DNA of 64,000 nt from a virus. Lineage: Duplodnaviria > Caudoviricetes. Both the position numbers and the translations under genes were made by a program. The stretch is taken from positions 660 to 64,659 of IMG/VR virus record IMGVR_UViG_3300032318_000186, one strand, 5' to 3'. Shown one piece after another: positions 47,475 to 56,029 of the stretch. How positions within the stretch are numbered: position 1 is the stretch's first letter; each line of letters opens with the position of its first letter. The notes below the pieces were generated by a model. The model was not told the origin of the DNA, ran no database searches, and worked only from the letters and a program-made list of their open reading frames with translations.

Positions 47475-48997
47475 ACGTTGTAATATCCTCTATTACGTCT
47501 GCTTTTAAACTGTAAAACTTCGTCTTCTTCATCTGAAGCTAGACGTATAAACCCACCTTTACGGTAACGAAGTAGGGCCTGAGACATACTATCTACCAAG
47601 TCATCATGCTCTCCCGAAGGAAACGAAGCTACTTCTTCTACAAGTTCTTCCGCCCAATGGGTATTAGGAACCCAGACGTGCCCACTTGCAAATATATCAG
47701 CAACGGCGTTAAGTCGCGCTATTTTATCATTTCCTCTGCTAGGAGTATACTCTTGTACCGGAATTCCCATAGCTCTTAACTCAAATACAAGTGGAGCACC
47801 TGAAGCTTTAGCTTCTACAATGAGTGCATCTGGCTCCCATTCTTTATATTCTTGAAACGCCCGCTGTTTTAACTCAGGAAACTCCATGCGCTGTTTAAAG
47901 CAATTGAGAAGTATGATGTTAGCTTGCTCTCTTCCCGTAGAATCGGGTCTATAGAACACTCCCCATGTAGTACAGGCTGAGTAATCGCTGCGCTCCGTCT
48001 TTAAAAACGCTGTATCCCAGCTTTGAATCATAAATTCACAGTATGGCGGGTCTTCATGCTCCCAAACCTTCCACCATTCGCGTTTTATTATGGCGTTTAC
48101 GTCCGATGTAGGCTGCTGCATATACTGAGCCATCCATTTTCCGTTAGGAAGTTCAGCATGTAGCGCTTCTAGTTCAAGTTTTGACCAAAATTCGGGCCAT
48201 AAGGGTTTACCCGAAGGCAAAAGTGCAGGAAATTCAATAACTTCCCAGTCTTCTCCGCTTCTTTGGGCTGCAGATTTGAGTACTTGGCCCGTTAAATCAC
48301 GTTTTGACCACCGTGTCATCACAATTACGATGGCTCCGCCGGGTTGTAGACGCTGCCTAGGGCCTGATGTGTACCATTCGTGGGTTTTATCGTAGACTTC
48401 TGGGTTAGTTTCGGCTATCGTTGCCTCTTGTTCGGAGTGAGGATCGTCAATAATAAGCAAATCTGCGCCTTTACCCGTAACCGCACCGCCGACACCAATA
48501 GCAAAATAGTCTCCGCCCTTGTTAGTAGCCCAGCGACCCGCAGCTTTTGAATCAGACTGGAGCGCAACGTCTGGAAAAATATCTTTGTATACATCTGAAT
48601 CGACAAGGTTACGTACCTTTCGACCAAAACCCACAGCAAGCTCAGCCGTATGTGAAGTCTGAATAACTTTCTTGCCAGGGAATTTTCCGAGGAACCAAGC
48701 AGGTAGGAGATAACTTGCAAATTCGGATTTTGTGTGACGAGGCGGCATATTGATAATAAGTCTTTTACATGTGCCATTAGCTACCCTTTCAAACGCTTCT
48801 GCCATTTTGACGTGATGTCGCCCGTGGATAAAGTTAGGCCATACGTAATTAACGTAGGTCATAAAGTCGTCTTTAGCTTCTTCTTGTGCAGCAATATCAG
48901 TACGTTCTTCCAATAGCTTACCTATCTTTGCCCGTATTTCTGGGGGAAGTTTGTCTTTGTTTGCTTGTAAGAGCTTTAGTTTATCAGAGCTTATCAA
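47471..48997 (-). CDS. terL: Terminase large subunit
   Basis: MPPRHTKSE, LLIIDDPH, MTRW, QSWDTAF, HDDLVDS. Confidence 0.95.
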   Translation of the reverse strand: MISSDKLKLLQANKDKLPPEIRAKIGKLLEERTDIAAQEEAKDDFMTYVNYVWPNFIHGRHHVKMAEAFERVANGTCKRLIINMPPRHTKSEFASYLLPAWFLGKFPGKKVIQTSHTAELAVGFGRKVRNLVDSDVYKDIFPDVALQSDSKAAGRWATNKGGDYFAIGVGGAVTGKGADLLIIDDPHSEQEATIAETNPEVYDKTHEWYTSGPRQRLQPGGAIVIVMTRWSKRDLTGQVLKSAAQRSGEDWEVIEFPALLPSGKPLWPEFWSKLELEALHAELPNGKWMAQYMQQPTSDVNAIIKREWWKVWEHEDPPYCEFMIQSWDTAFLKTERSDYSACTTWGVFYRPDSTGREQANIILLNCFKQRMEFPELKQRAFQEYKEWEPDALIVEAKASGAPLVFELRAMGIPVQEYTPSRGNDKIARLNAVADIFASGHVWVPNTHWAEELVEEVASFPSGEHDDLVDSMSQALLRYRKGGFIRLASDEEDEVLQFKSRRNRGYYNV

Positions 48998-49634
48998 AGT
49001 CTTCGACTCTTTCTAGCTGATCTGGGGTTATGGTGTTTTCTTTTGCTTCGGGGTCTGGTAGTCCTAACTCCGCATCGCTCATCTCTAACAAGCTTCTTTC
49101 TTTAATCACTTCATCTAGCTCGTTGTCTATTTCGGCTGGAACTACGTCCCCCAAATACTTTTCCAAAATCGAACTTAACTCTGCGTCTACGTCTTCAATA
49201 TTTCTGTGCTTTACATCTACTTCAATTCGTTCTGCAAAGAGTCCAACTGATCCAACCTTACCAAGTAACTCAAGCGCCTTTAAACGGATGCGTGCATCTT
49301 CGTCAATGGTTTCTACTAAGAGTTTGTTGGTGACATAGGAGCGGAGGCGACTAGAGACGTTTAACAAGTCCCTATCATATTCGGAGAGTATCGCTTCTAA
49401 ATGTACTAGCGCTCCCGCATTCTTTTCCGTAACTTTAAGGGGAGCGTTGCTCGCTGCCGCACCTCGGGCCTTTACCCTGTCGTCTTCGGTAATTTCTACT
49501 TCGCCGCCAAGGGCAACGATTTCTTTAATTGTCTCTACTGCAGCTTTTGCCCGTTCTCTGAACTGCTCAATCTCTTCCGGTGTTGTATTGAAAGGGAAAG
49601 GTATTCCAGATTCTGGCTCAATCACTATAGGCAT
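48984..49634 (-). CDS. terS: Probable terminase small subunit
   Basis: RLKALELLGK motif; directly upstream of terL. Confidence 0.65.
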   Translation of the reverse strand: MPIVIEPESGIPFPFNTTPEEIEQFRERAKAAVETIKEIVALGGEVEITEDDRVKARGAAASNAPLKVTEKNAGALVHLEAILSEYDRDLLNVSSRLRSYVTNKLLVETIDEDARIRLKALELLGKVGSVGLFAERIEVDVKHRNIEDVDAELSSILEKYLGDVVPAEIDNELDEVIKERSLLEMSDAELGLPDPEAKENTITPDQLERVEDFDKL

Positions 49635-49654
49635 TCGTTAGCCCCGTATAGTTT

Positions 49655-50011
49655 TCATTGGAGAGAGTTTAGCATCTTTTCGTTGTAGTGATGTACTCGG
49701 TGACAATTAGCACATAACACTATGCATTTCTTTAGTTCTTTTTTTAGTTTGTCGTATTGCCCGTTAGATAACAGACGATGGATATTTGCTTCTTTTTTTG
49801 TTGGGTCTTCGTGGTGAAAGTCTAATGCCGCTGGGTGTGAAAAGCCGCATTTAGTACAGGATAGGGTAGCTTTATATTCCTGCCACTCCGCCCTAAATTC
49901 TTTCTTTTTATCTCCGGCTTTCTTTATTATTTCTTTTCGATTAGCCTCATAGTGCTTGCGGCTTTGTTCTTTATGGTACGCTTTGCGAACTTCTAGGTCT
50001 TTATATGGCAT
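49655..50011 (-). CDS. HNH endonuclease
   Basis: CTKCG..ALDFHH...CIVLCANCHR. Confidence 0.85.
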   Translation of the reverse strand: MPYKDLEVRKAYHKEQSRKHYEANRKEIIKKAGDKKKEFRAEWQEYKATLSCTKCGFSHPAALDFHHEDPTKKEANIHRLLSNGQYDKLKKELKKCIVLCANCHRVHHYNEKMLNSLQ

Positions 50012-50432
50012 CGTCTAACTTATAGGTTTTGATTGGTCCACTGCTATTTGCATCGACATTACAGGCCCACTCTACGCCCTCTTCGGCAGTAAGGCCCATC
50101 CGTAAACATACTTCGGCAGCCATGCTCCCAGAGCCAATAGCCATGAAGGTTCGAACCCTTTCCCACTCTAGGTCATCACCACAAGAAAAAAGCCCATCTT
50201 TAGTTAACTTTAAGAATGAGCTGTCAGATTTTAGCTTGGGTTTGGTTTTGTTTTTCTTACTTAGATAGTCTATGACCTTTTCGCAGTCGCTCCAATTTCC
50301 AGCAACACCTAACCAACCGCCATCTATGGGAACAATTTTATCTTCGAAGTATTTAATCCCAGTATCGGAATCAGTAAACTGGCTATCGGAAACCAAGATT
50401 TTTCTTCTCCAGTCGCCAATGATTGTAGTCAT
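50001..50432 (-). CDS. Ntn-hydrolase (HslV/proteasome beta-like) peptidase
   Basis: N-terminal MTTI, SDSQ, EDKI, GVAG, AIGSGS.AA, DANSSG. Confidence 0.75.
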   Translation of the reverse strand: MTTIIGDWRRKILVSDSQFTDSDTGIKYFEDKIVPIDGGWLGVAGNWSDCEKVIDYLSKKNKTKPKLKSDSSFLKLTKDGLFSCGDDLEWERVRTFMAIGSGSMAAEVCLRMGLTAEEGVEWACNVDANSSGPIKTYKLDDAI

Positions 50433-50575
50433 TTGGTAGCCATCATATACAGACCCACATTAGCGCCAGCATAGCAAGCGTAACAAATACACATAGGCAA
50501 GTTACCTTTGAATCCTTGTTCTGCTGCGATGTACGCATAAATTAACCCTGTAACAATAATAAGCCAAGAACTCAT
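50429..50575 (-). CDS. Small membrane protein (48 aa, MSSWLIIVTGLIYAYIA...)
   Basis: Read by hand. GGAGG RBS; ATGA overlap. Confidence 0.7.
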   Translation of the reverse strand: MSSWLIIVTGLIYAYIAAEQGFKGNLPMCICYACYAGANVGLYMMATK

Positions 50576-50678
50576 CACTCCTCCGTTTTACAGAGTTTAC
50601 TAGATGGTTTGGGCTTTGTCTAGTGCTTTATGAGCCGAGACGGGGTAAGCAGTTTCTACCTACCCCTAGGGTTTACCC

Positions 50679-50825
50679 TTATTTCTTCTTGTTAGCGCTG
50701 TACAAGTCTTTCCAAGTATCCATTACGCAGTTATACCAAAACTCATACGCTTGCTTAGTCTGGCTGGTGATAACTTCAAACTTCTCAATTGCTTCTTTGT
50801 ATTGCTTTTCAAAATCTGAATACAT
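50679..50825 (-). CDS. Small helical protein (48 aa), possibly phasin-like
   Basis: AAGGAG RBS and its own promoter. Confidence 0.6.
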   Translation of the reverse strand: MYSDFEKQYKEAIEKFEVITSQTKQAYEFWYNCVMDTWKDLYSANKKK

Positions 50826-50886
50826 ATAAAACTCCTTTTTCTTTACATTAATGTTTCCCAAACTTTACAATCTGGGGGTTTTGTGT

Positions 50887-50915
50887 AGTATACGATACAT
50901 TTTGTTGCGGTGCAA
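50887..50915 (-). promoter_or_regulatory. Promoter TTGCAC-17-TATACT overlapping a TGC-N3-GCA box
   Basis: Hexamers and spacer read from the sequence. Confidence 0.65.
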
Positions 50916-51402
50916 TATATGTTTAGATTTTGCAGTTTTTTATACATATGGGTATCAATATGTATACGCAATTAACACTTATAGGTATCAGTTTTATTAA
51001 AGTTTCATGCACTTACGTCACATGTTTGCACGAGTTTCTTTTTTAAAATCATAGGGTTATAGCGTTATTTTTTAGAGGCTGGTTTTGTGTTTCTAATTTA
51101 TAAAGATGTTGTAGGACACACTTAAGTCCAAAATTCTCTACAAAACAAAATCAAAAAATATATACCCCCCGGGGGTGTTTGCACGGAAACATAAGGGGGC
51201 CTAATCCTAGGAAAAACCCTAGTCCCAAGATGGGATAAAAAATATACCCCCCCCCTCTTAAAATTTTAAAAAATCATAATCGTTTGAGCACAATACAGCA
51301 CAAGGTGCGAGCGGGTCCCATCAGCGTCAAATGTGGTCATGGGGGGTCAAAGAATCGGCGGATATAAAAAAGCCATACTGTCAGACATTATTCAAATATC
51401 TA

Positions 51403-51431
51403 TTGACATAGCGCCATGTTAAGTTCATAAT
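51403..51431 (+). promoter_or_regulatory. Early promoter TTGACA-17-CATAAT
   Basis: Near-consensus; palindrome copy just upstream of the -35. Confidence 0.8.
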
Positions 51432-51489
51432 GGATTCATCAGTTCAGCAGGCGTTTGACTTGTTGCTGATTCCTACTAGGAGATTTAAA

Positions 51490-51972
51490 ATGACTTTAAA
51501 ATTATCTAATCAAGAGCAGTTGGCAGTTGAAGTTGCGAATGGTATCGTTGCAGTTGGTACGGCTCAGGCTAGTATTGACAAGGCTTGCCAAGCAATTAAA
51601 AAGGCTCGCAAGGGTAAGCCACTTGGTACAGTTGCAAAGGGTTGTGCAGTAATGATTCGCTTTACTGAAGTATTGTTGAAAGCTGGTAAATCGGAGCAGA
51701 CTGTTAAGAACTATGCGACAGCGTTCCGCAAAGCAGTAAATGATGGTGTTCCATTCAGCATGAATGCTTATCGTGCTAAGGCTTCTAAGGGTAGTCAAGC
51801 TGGCAAAACCAGCAACACTACTGGAGTGAAGTTCAAAGGTGATGCAAAGCTGGAAGATATCGTTAAGGGTTTGCGTACCATGTTTAACAAGTTCAAAGAA
51901 AACGATAAGACAGCGAGTTTAGCGTCTTACCTGATTGATGCGCTTGATGATTTCGAAGGCGATATCAAGTAA
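51490..51972 (+). CDS. First early gene, basic hypothetical protein
   Basis: AGGAG RBS; own promoter and terminator. Confidence 0.75.
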   Translation: MTLKLSNQEQLAVEVANGIVAVGTAQASIDKACQAIKKARKGKPLGTVAKGCAVMIRFTEVLLKAGKSEQTVKNYATAFRKAVNDGVPFSMNAYRAKASKGSQAGKTSNTTGVKFKGDAKLEDIVKGLRTMFNKFKENDKTASLASYLIDALDDFEGDIK

Positions 51973-51993
51973 TACCAGCATCACCAGCACAGA

Positions 51994-52021
51994 ACCCCAC
52001 TCAAAAGGTGGGGTTTTTTTT
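51994..52021 (+). terminator. Intrinsic terminator
   Basis: ACCCCAC-TCAAAAG-GTGGGGT followed by a T-run. Confidence 0.9.
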
Positions 52022-52189
52022 CGCCCATTTTTTGGGAACTGGTGTCATCTAGGTCGGCGAAGCCGACGGGTTTAAATTCTTTTTGCTCTTGCTTTTTCTG
52101 TCCGAAGGGCGTGATGAGTGGCGGTCAGCGAGGCACAAGATAGGTTGGCGAAGCCAATGAAATACTGTCAGACAGTACGAAACGAGCAA

Positions 52190-52615
52190 TGTTCACTCTG
52201 TTCACTCATGTTCACTCAGCAGTGAACAAACTTTTGTTGCGTTGCACACCTCGCAAACCCTTGTTTTGTATACCTTTTCTTTCTTTCTTTCTATAATAAT
52301 AATACTAATGTTCACTTGTTCACTCTATTTTAAAATGTATGTCGGGGTAAATTTTCCTAACTTGACAATGTAAAGTTTTAATACTGTCAGACAGTACGAG
52401 AAAGTTCTTTTTCTTAGGTGTCATACTTTTGGTTTTGAGTGAACATTCGGGCGCTAAATGCTGTAACCTATTGAACCAATTAGGAAATACCTTGTTCGTT
52501 GATGAGTGAACATTGCTGAACTTAGTGAACATTTGAGTGAACAAAGCCTACAAGACTTGACAGAGTAAAGGTAGATGGGAAATAGAAAAAGATGTTGTGA
52601 GAATGTGAGTGAACA
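52190..52615. repeat. Iteron-like (G)AGTGAACA array, 11 copies in two inverted arms; candidate replication origin
   Basis: Reverse copies at 52190, 52199, 52209, 52309, 52317; forward copies at 52221, 52437, 52504, 52524, 52535, 52607. Confidence 0.75.
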
Positions 52616-52693
52616 AACCCAATACTGTCAGACAGTATTCCACCCCGAAGTTGAAACCAGTTTTCTGAAGAACCCCAAGCGAGGTCTAGCCTA

Positions 52694-52722
52694 TTGACAC
52701 AGGGTTATAATAGTGTTATAAT
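52694..52722 (+). promoter_or_regulatory. Perfect sigma70 promoter TTGACA-17-TATAAT with extended TG
   Basis: Exact consensus. Confidence 0.9.
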
Positions 52723-52728
52723 AGAGAG

Positions 52729-53290
52729 GTAGAGTCGAGGAATGGTCGTGTTCGAACCAAACCGAAACCAAATACTGTCAGACAGTACCGATAGTATCGT
52801 TCTTTAAAAACTTGTTAAATGCCACGCACAAGCGTGGTGCAGAGTAGGCGTAGGGTGCAGTTATTTCCAAGCTAAGGTTGTGGGAATACAAACCACTATA
52901 AGTAAAAAGCACAGCGTAATGGTTGAAGGGCTAGATACTTAGCCCGAGGTAATCGAGTAGTGTGAAGTGATTGATAGCGCAAGGCGAAGTGCCGACTAAT
53001 CATGATGAACCATAAAAAGAGCAAGCGTGTTAGAACCAACAAACTAAAATAGCGAATCCCGAGCAGTACCTCTGTGGTAGTAGATTGATGTGGAATAGGT
53101 TAGGGTTTATTAACTTAACTGGGCGAAATACTGTCAGACAGTATCAGAGCCTTCAAAACCCCAAGCCGTTCGACCACACGCATCAATACCTACCCATGCC
53201 CGAACCCCCCACAGGAACTGCGACAAACTAGCAGAGGGCAAACAAACAAATAGAAGATTCATAGGTCAGGTTGATCTCGGTCAGCCTGCC
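52729..53290 (+). ncRNA. Candidate large structured non-coding RNA
   Basis: No credible ORF; many nested helices; closing hairpin at 53267-53288. Confidence 0.55.
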
Positions 53291-53323
53291 CGCTTGAGTT
53301 TTTTAACCACGAAAGGAGAAGTT

Positions 53324-53500
53324 GTGAATGTAATTAAACTGTATCGAAACCCTAATAAGCCCGAGTTCATGGCTTTGATTTGTCAGGTTGGTGACGAAAT
53401 ATTGGTCAATTACCCGATAGATATTAGGTATGGTAAACGCACCGCAAGGTGGTTCAATGTCAACGAAGTTTATATAGATTGGATAAGGGAGTTTAAATGA
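53324..53500 (+). CDS. Small hypothetical protein
   Basis: GTG start after AAGGAG. Confidence 0.65.
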   Translation: MNVIKLYRNPNKPEFMALICQVGDEILVNYPIDIRYGKRTARWFNVNEVYIDWIREFK

Positions 53501-53598
53501 AAGAGTTAATGGAAATAGTAGTTTGGTCGGTCATAGGTGTTTTCACCTATGTATTTATTATTGCGTTAAATCATACTATTTGGGAGGTATTGAAATGA
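53497..53598 (+). CDS. 33-aa single-TM peptide
   Basis: Read by hand; ATGA overlaps at both ends. Confidence 0.55.
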   Translation: MKELMEIVVWSVIGVFTYVFIIALNHTIWEVLK

Positions 53599-53801
53599 GA
53601 AAAGGAAACAGTAACAAGGCACTATTTAAAAAGATGTTGGGGGATTCAATAGACCAAGCGTTTGTGATTAGTGCTATCGAGTCATACTGTCAGACAGTAT
53701 TGGAAGACGATACTGATTGGGGAAAAACCCTAATAAACAAGGAGTTATGGCAAGTGATTGCTACACGAAACCTAAAAACCATAGAGGAGCATTACAAATG
53801 A
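53595..53801 (+). CDS. Small hypothetical protein
   Basis: GGAGG RBS. Confidence 0.7.
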   Translation: MRKGNSNKALFKKMLGDSIDQAFVISAIESYCQTVLEDDTDWGKTLINKELWQVIATRNLKTIEEHYK

Positions 53802-54004
53802 AGAATATATGTAGATGTTGCGGAGACGAGTACCCCGAGGGGAGGTGGAAGCTAGGCTATAAGTTTTGCCTAGATTGTGGGGTAGACATAGCCGAGGCAG
53901 TAACCAAGGGCTTTACAGTAGCCATACCATTCAACAAGGGTGCGTATCAGTATATCCATAACCCAAAAGAGTTAGCGACAACCAACCCCAAGAGGACAAC
54001 ATGA
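53798..54004 (+). CDS. DksA/TraR-like C4 zinc-finger protein
   Basis: CRCCGDEYPEGRWKLGYKFCLDC. Confidence 0.6.
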   Translation: MKNICRCCGDEYPEGRWKLGYKFCLDCGVDIAEAVTKGFTVAIPFNKGAYQYIHNPKELATTNPKRTT

Positions 54005-54279
54005 GAAATCCATACCAACATAGGGCTGAGATTAAAGACCCTTACATGACCTTGCAGGAAATTGCCGACATGATGGGCATGAGTCGGGAGAGGGTCAGAC
54101 AGATTGAGGTACGGGCGCTGGGTAAGGTTAAGCAAGAACTATTTAAGCGAGGGATAACGGCTGAGGATTTTTTCTCTACCCTTAAATACATGAAGCCGAT
54201 TAAGCGTAACCCTAACGAAATACTGTCAGACAGTACGGACTACGAACTAATTGAACCTGAAAGGAATGAAGATGAATGA
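54001..54279 (+). CDS. Sigma70 region-4-like HTH protein
   Basis: MTLQEIADMMGMSRERVRQIEVRALGKVK. Confidence 0.85.
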   Translation: MRNPYQHRAEIKDPYMTLQEIADMMGMSRERVRQIEVRALGKVKQELFKRGITAEDFFSTLKYMKPIKRNPNEILSDSTDYELIEPERNEDE

Positions 54280-54451
54280 GTGCTATGTTTTTGTTTTGTG
54301 CGATACCTTTACAGGTATGGAGTTTATGAGGACAGAAGTAGACGAGCCTAAACCTCAAATAGACGCTGAGTTTTGGGATAGGTTTATGCAAGGTGATTGC
54401 CTGATGGAATATAGGGGCAAGGTATATGACGAGGAGGAAGAAAATGATTAA
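54272..54451 (+). CDS. Small acidic protein
   Basis: Coupled ORF. Confidence 0.6.
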   Translation: MNECYVFVLCDTFTGMEFMRTEVDEPKPQIDAEFWDRFMQGDCLMEYRGKVYDEEEEND

Positions 54452-54698
54452 GTGTACCGAGTATCGCATGGGTAAACCCCGAACAATGAGGGACAAACCT
54501 CTCAAAATGCCACGAGCCAATGACCCAGTATATCTAGGAGCTAAGCTAATAAAGGCTAACTCTACGCAGGAAAGACGGCAACTGGTCTCAATCGCAATGG
54601 GCGACATTTTTTATGCGTTTGGGGTAGTCAGGAAGCCTTGGAAAGATTGGCTAACCTATGAAGAAAACATGAACGAACCAAATGGAGAAAGAGCATGA
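54444..54698 (+). CDS. Small hypothetical protein
   Basis: GGAGG RBS. Confidence 0.65.
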   Translation: MIKCTEYRMGKPRTMRDKPLKMPRANDPVYLGAKLIKANSTQERRQLVSIAMGDIFYAFGVVRKPWKDWLTYEENMNEPNGERA

Positions 54699-54904
54699 GA
54701 ACACCAATGGAGAAAAACTTACAACCAATCCCTAGAACCTTATCAGAGGCGAACCGAGATGCAAAGTACGCTTGTGCTATTCAGACTTTTAGAAGTGATG
54801 TAAAGCTGACATGGGATTTTTTATGTAATGCCTTTTTAGGTGCGTTATGGGTAACAGTAGCAATAGGTGGTATAGCAGGTGTAGTTTATATGTTTTTTAA
54901 ATAA
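54695..54904 (+). CDS. Small protein with C-terminal TM helix
   Basis: ATGA overlap; hydrophobic tail. Confidence 0.65.
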   Translation: MRTPMEKNLQPIPRTLSEANRDAKYACAIQTFRSDVKLTWDFLCNAFLGALWVTVAIGGIAGVVYMFFK

Positions 54905-54947
54905 CCAATACTGTCAGACAGTATTACAACATCTTTAGGAGAATCAA

Positions 54948-55901
54948 ATGAGTTTAGAAAAGTTCGAGCATTTCAAGCAACGCTTTATCAACACCGCACC
55001 CATCCGTGGTCGGGCAGTAGAGTGCAGACCAATCGGGCAAAGGCGCAGAGATTGGGAACAGATAGTCAAGCGTTACATTGTGGAAGAGGGCGCACTAGAT
55101 GTGGAGGGTGGAGAGGCATACGGCGCACACTTGTACCAAACTGACTGCGTTATGTATCTATCTGATGGGGCTATCCATGTAGCGACTGATGGGTATGAAA
55201 CACCAACAACGGCTGAGTTTATCGGGAGATACTTACCTCGGACAATGCGTTGTTATAAGAAATACAACAAGATATGGGTCGAATACAAAGGTCAGTCGTA
55301 TGTATTGGACAACAAGAAACCAACAGTATTTCGCTATGTCAAATCAGACGATGCCTACTATATTGAGAACCCGATCAAGTTAGAGCAAAAGGTAATCGAC
55401 AGAACCAAGATGAAAACGGCTAGGGAAAAGCTAACACCATTCCGTAACTATGCCAAGATCATGCTCAAACTATCTGATGGGTGGCTGAGTAATGAGTTAG
55501 TAGACCAACACGCAACAGGCGAGGCTGATTACTATGGTCGCAAGTCTTATGAGTTTGATGGTACGACATATGACAGATGGGCGCTTACAGGTTCGGTTAG
55601 TGCAAAGATTGCAGGCGAGTTGTACGAGGCTATGTGTAACGCAACGGAAGAACAATTCCCAAAACTTCTTTGCATAATCTGTGCGAGTAGTAGCTATAAA
55701 GAGAGTCGCATCTGTAAAACGGAACAGGTAGAACGCACCGACTATCAAGGCAACAAACATATGGAACAAGTAAACATTCGTGAGCATCAGTATGACTACA
55801 AGAGTGTGGACAATCGCATTAACTATTTCATTAAGCAAGTAGCTGATGTGCATACAACAAGAGAAGTAGCGTTAGGTGTAGTTGCTACGAATTGCTTGTA
55901 A
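54948..55901 (+). CDS. Hypothetical early protein (317 aa)
   Basis: AGGAG RBS; long ORF. Confidence 0.8.
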   Translation: MSLEKFEHFKQRFINTAPIRGRAVECRPIGQRRRDWEQIVKRYIVEEGALDVEGGEAYGAHLYQTDCVMYLSDGAIHVATDGYETPTTAEFIGRYLPRTMRCYKKYNKIWVEYKGQSYVLDNKKPTVFRYVKSDDAYYIENPIKLEQKVIDRTKMKTAREKLTPFRNYAKIMLKLSDGWLSNELVDQHATGEADYYGRKSYEFDGTTYDRWALTGSVSAKIAGELYEAMCNATEEQFPKLLCIICASSSYKESRICKTEQVERTDYQGNKHMEQVNIREHQYDYKSVDNRINYFIKQVADVHTTREVALGVVATNCL

Positions 55902-55912
55902 GTGTTGGGGTA

Positions 55913-55941
55913 TTGACACAGAGGTAGTATAGCGGTATAAT
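55913..55941 (+). promoter_or_regulatory. Perfect sigma70 promoter TTGACA-17-TATAAT
   Basis: Exact consensus; palindrome at 55980 in the leader. Confidence 0.9.
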
Positions 55942-56029
55942 AGAGGTATAAGTAGTAGAAGTATGTAGTCGTAGCCTAATACTGTCAGACAGTATTGGGT
56001 TTTTTTAATTTTAAATCAAGGAGAAGTAT

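Noticed and set aside
49655-50011. HNH genes (also 4941-5255) as intron-encoded mobile elements
   Set aside because: Both are free-standing between intact genes, with no interrupted host gene or intron structure.
52362-52390. Promoter at TTGACA 52362
   Set aside because: No acceptable -10 at 16-18 bp; the spacing falls inside the palindrome.
52729-53290. Group I intron, RNase P RNA, tmRNA or tRNA
   Set aside because: I could not find their conserved cores (P7/J6-7 elements, GAGGAAAGUCC, tRNA-like ends, TTCRA arm).
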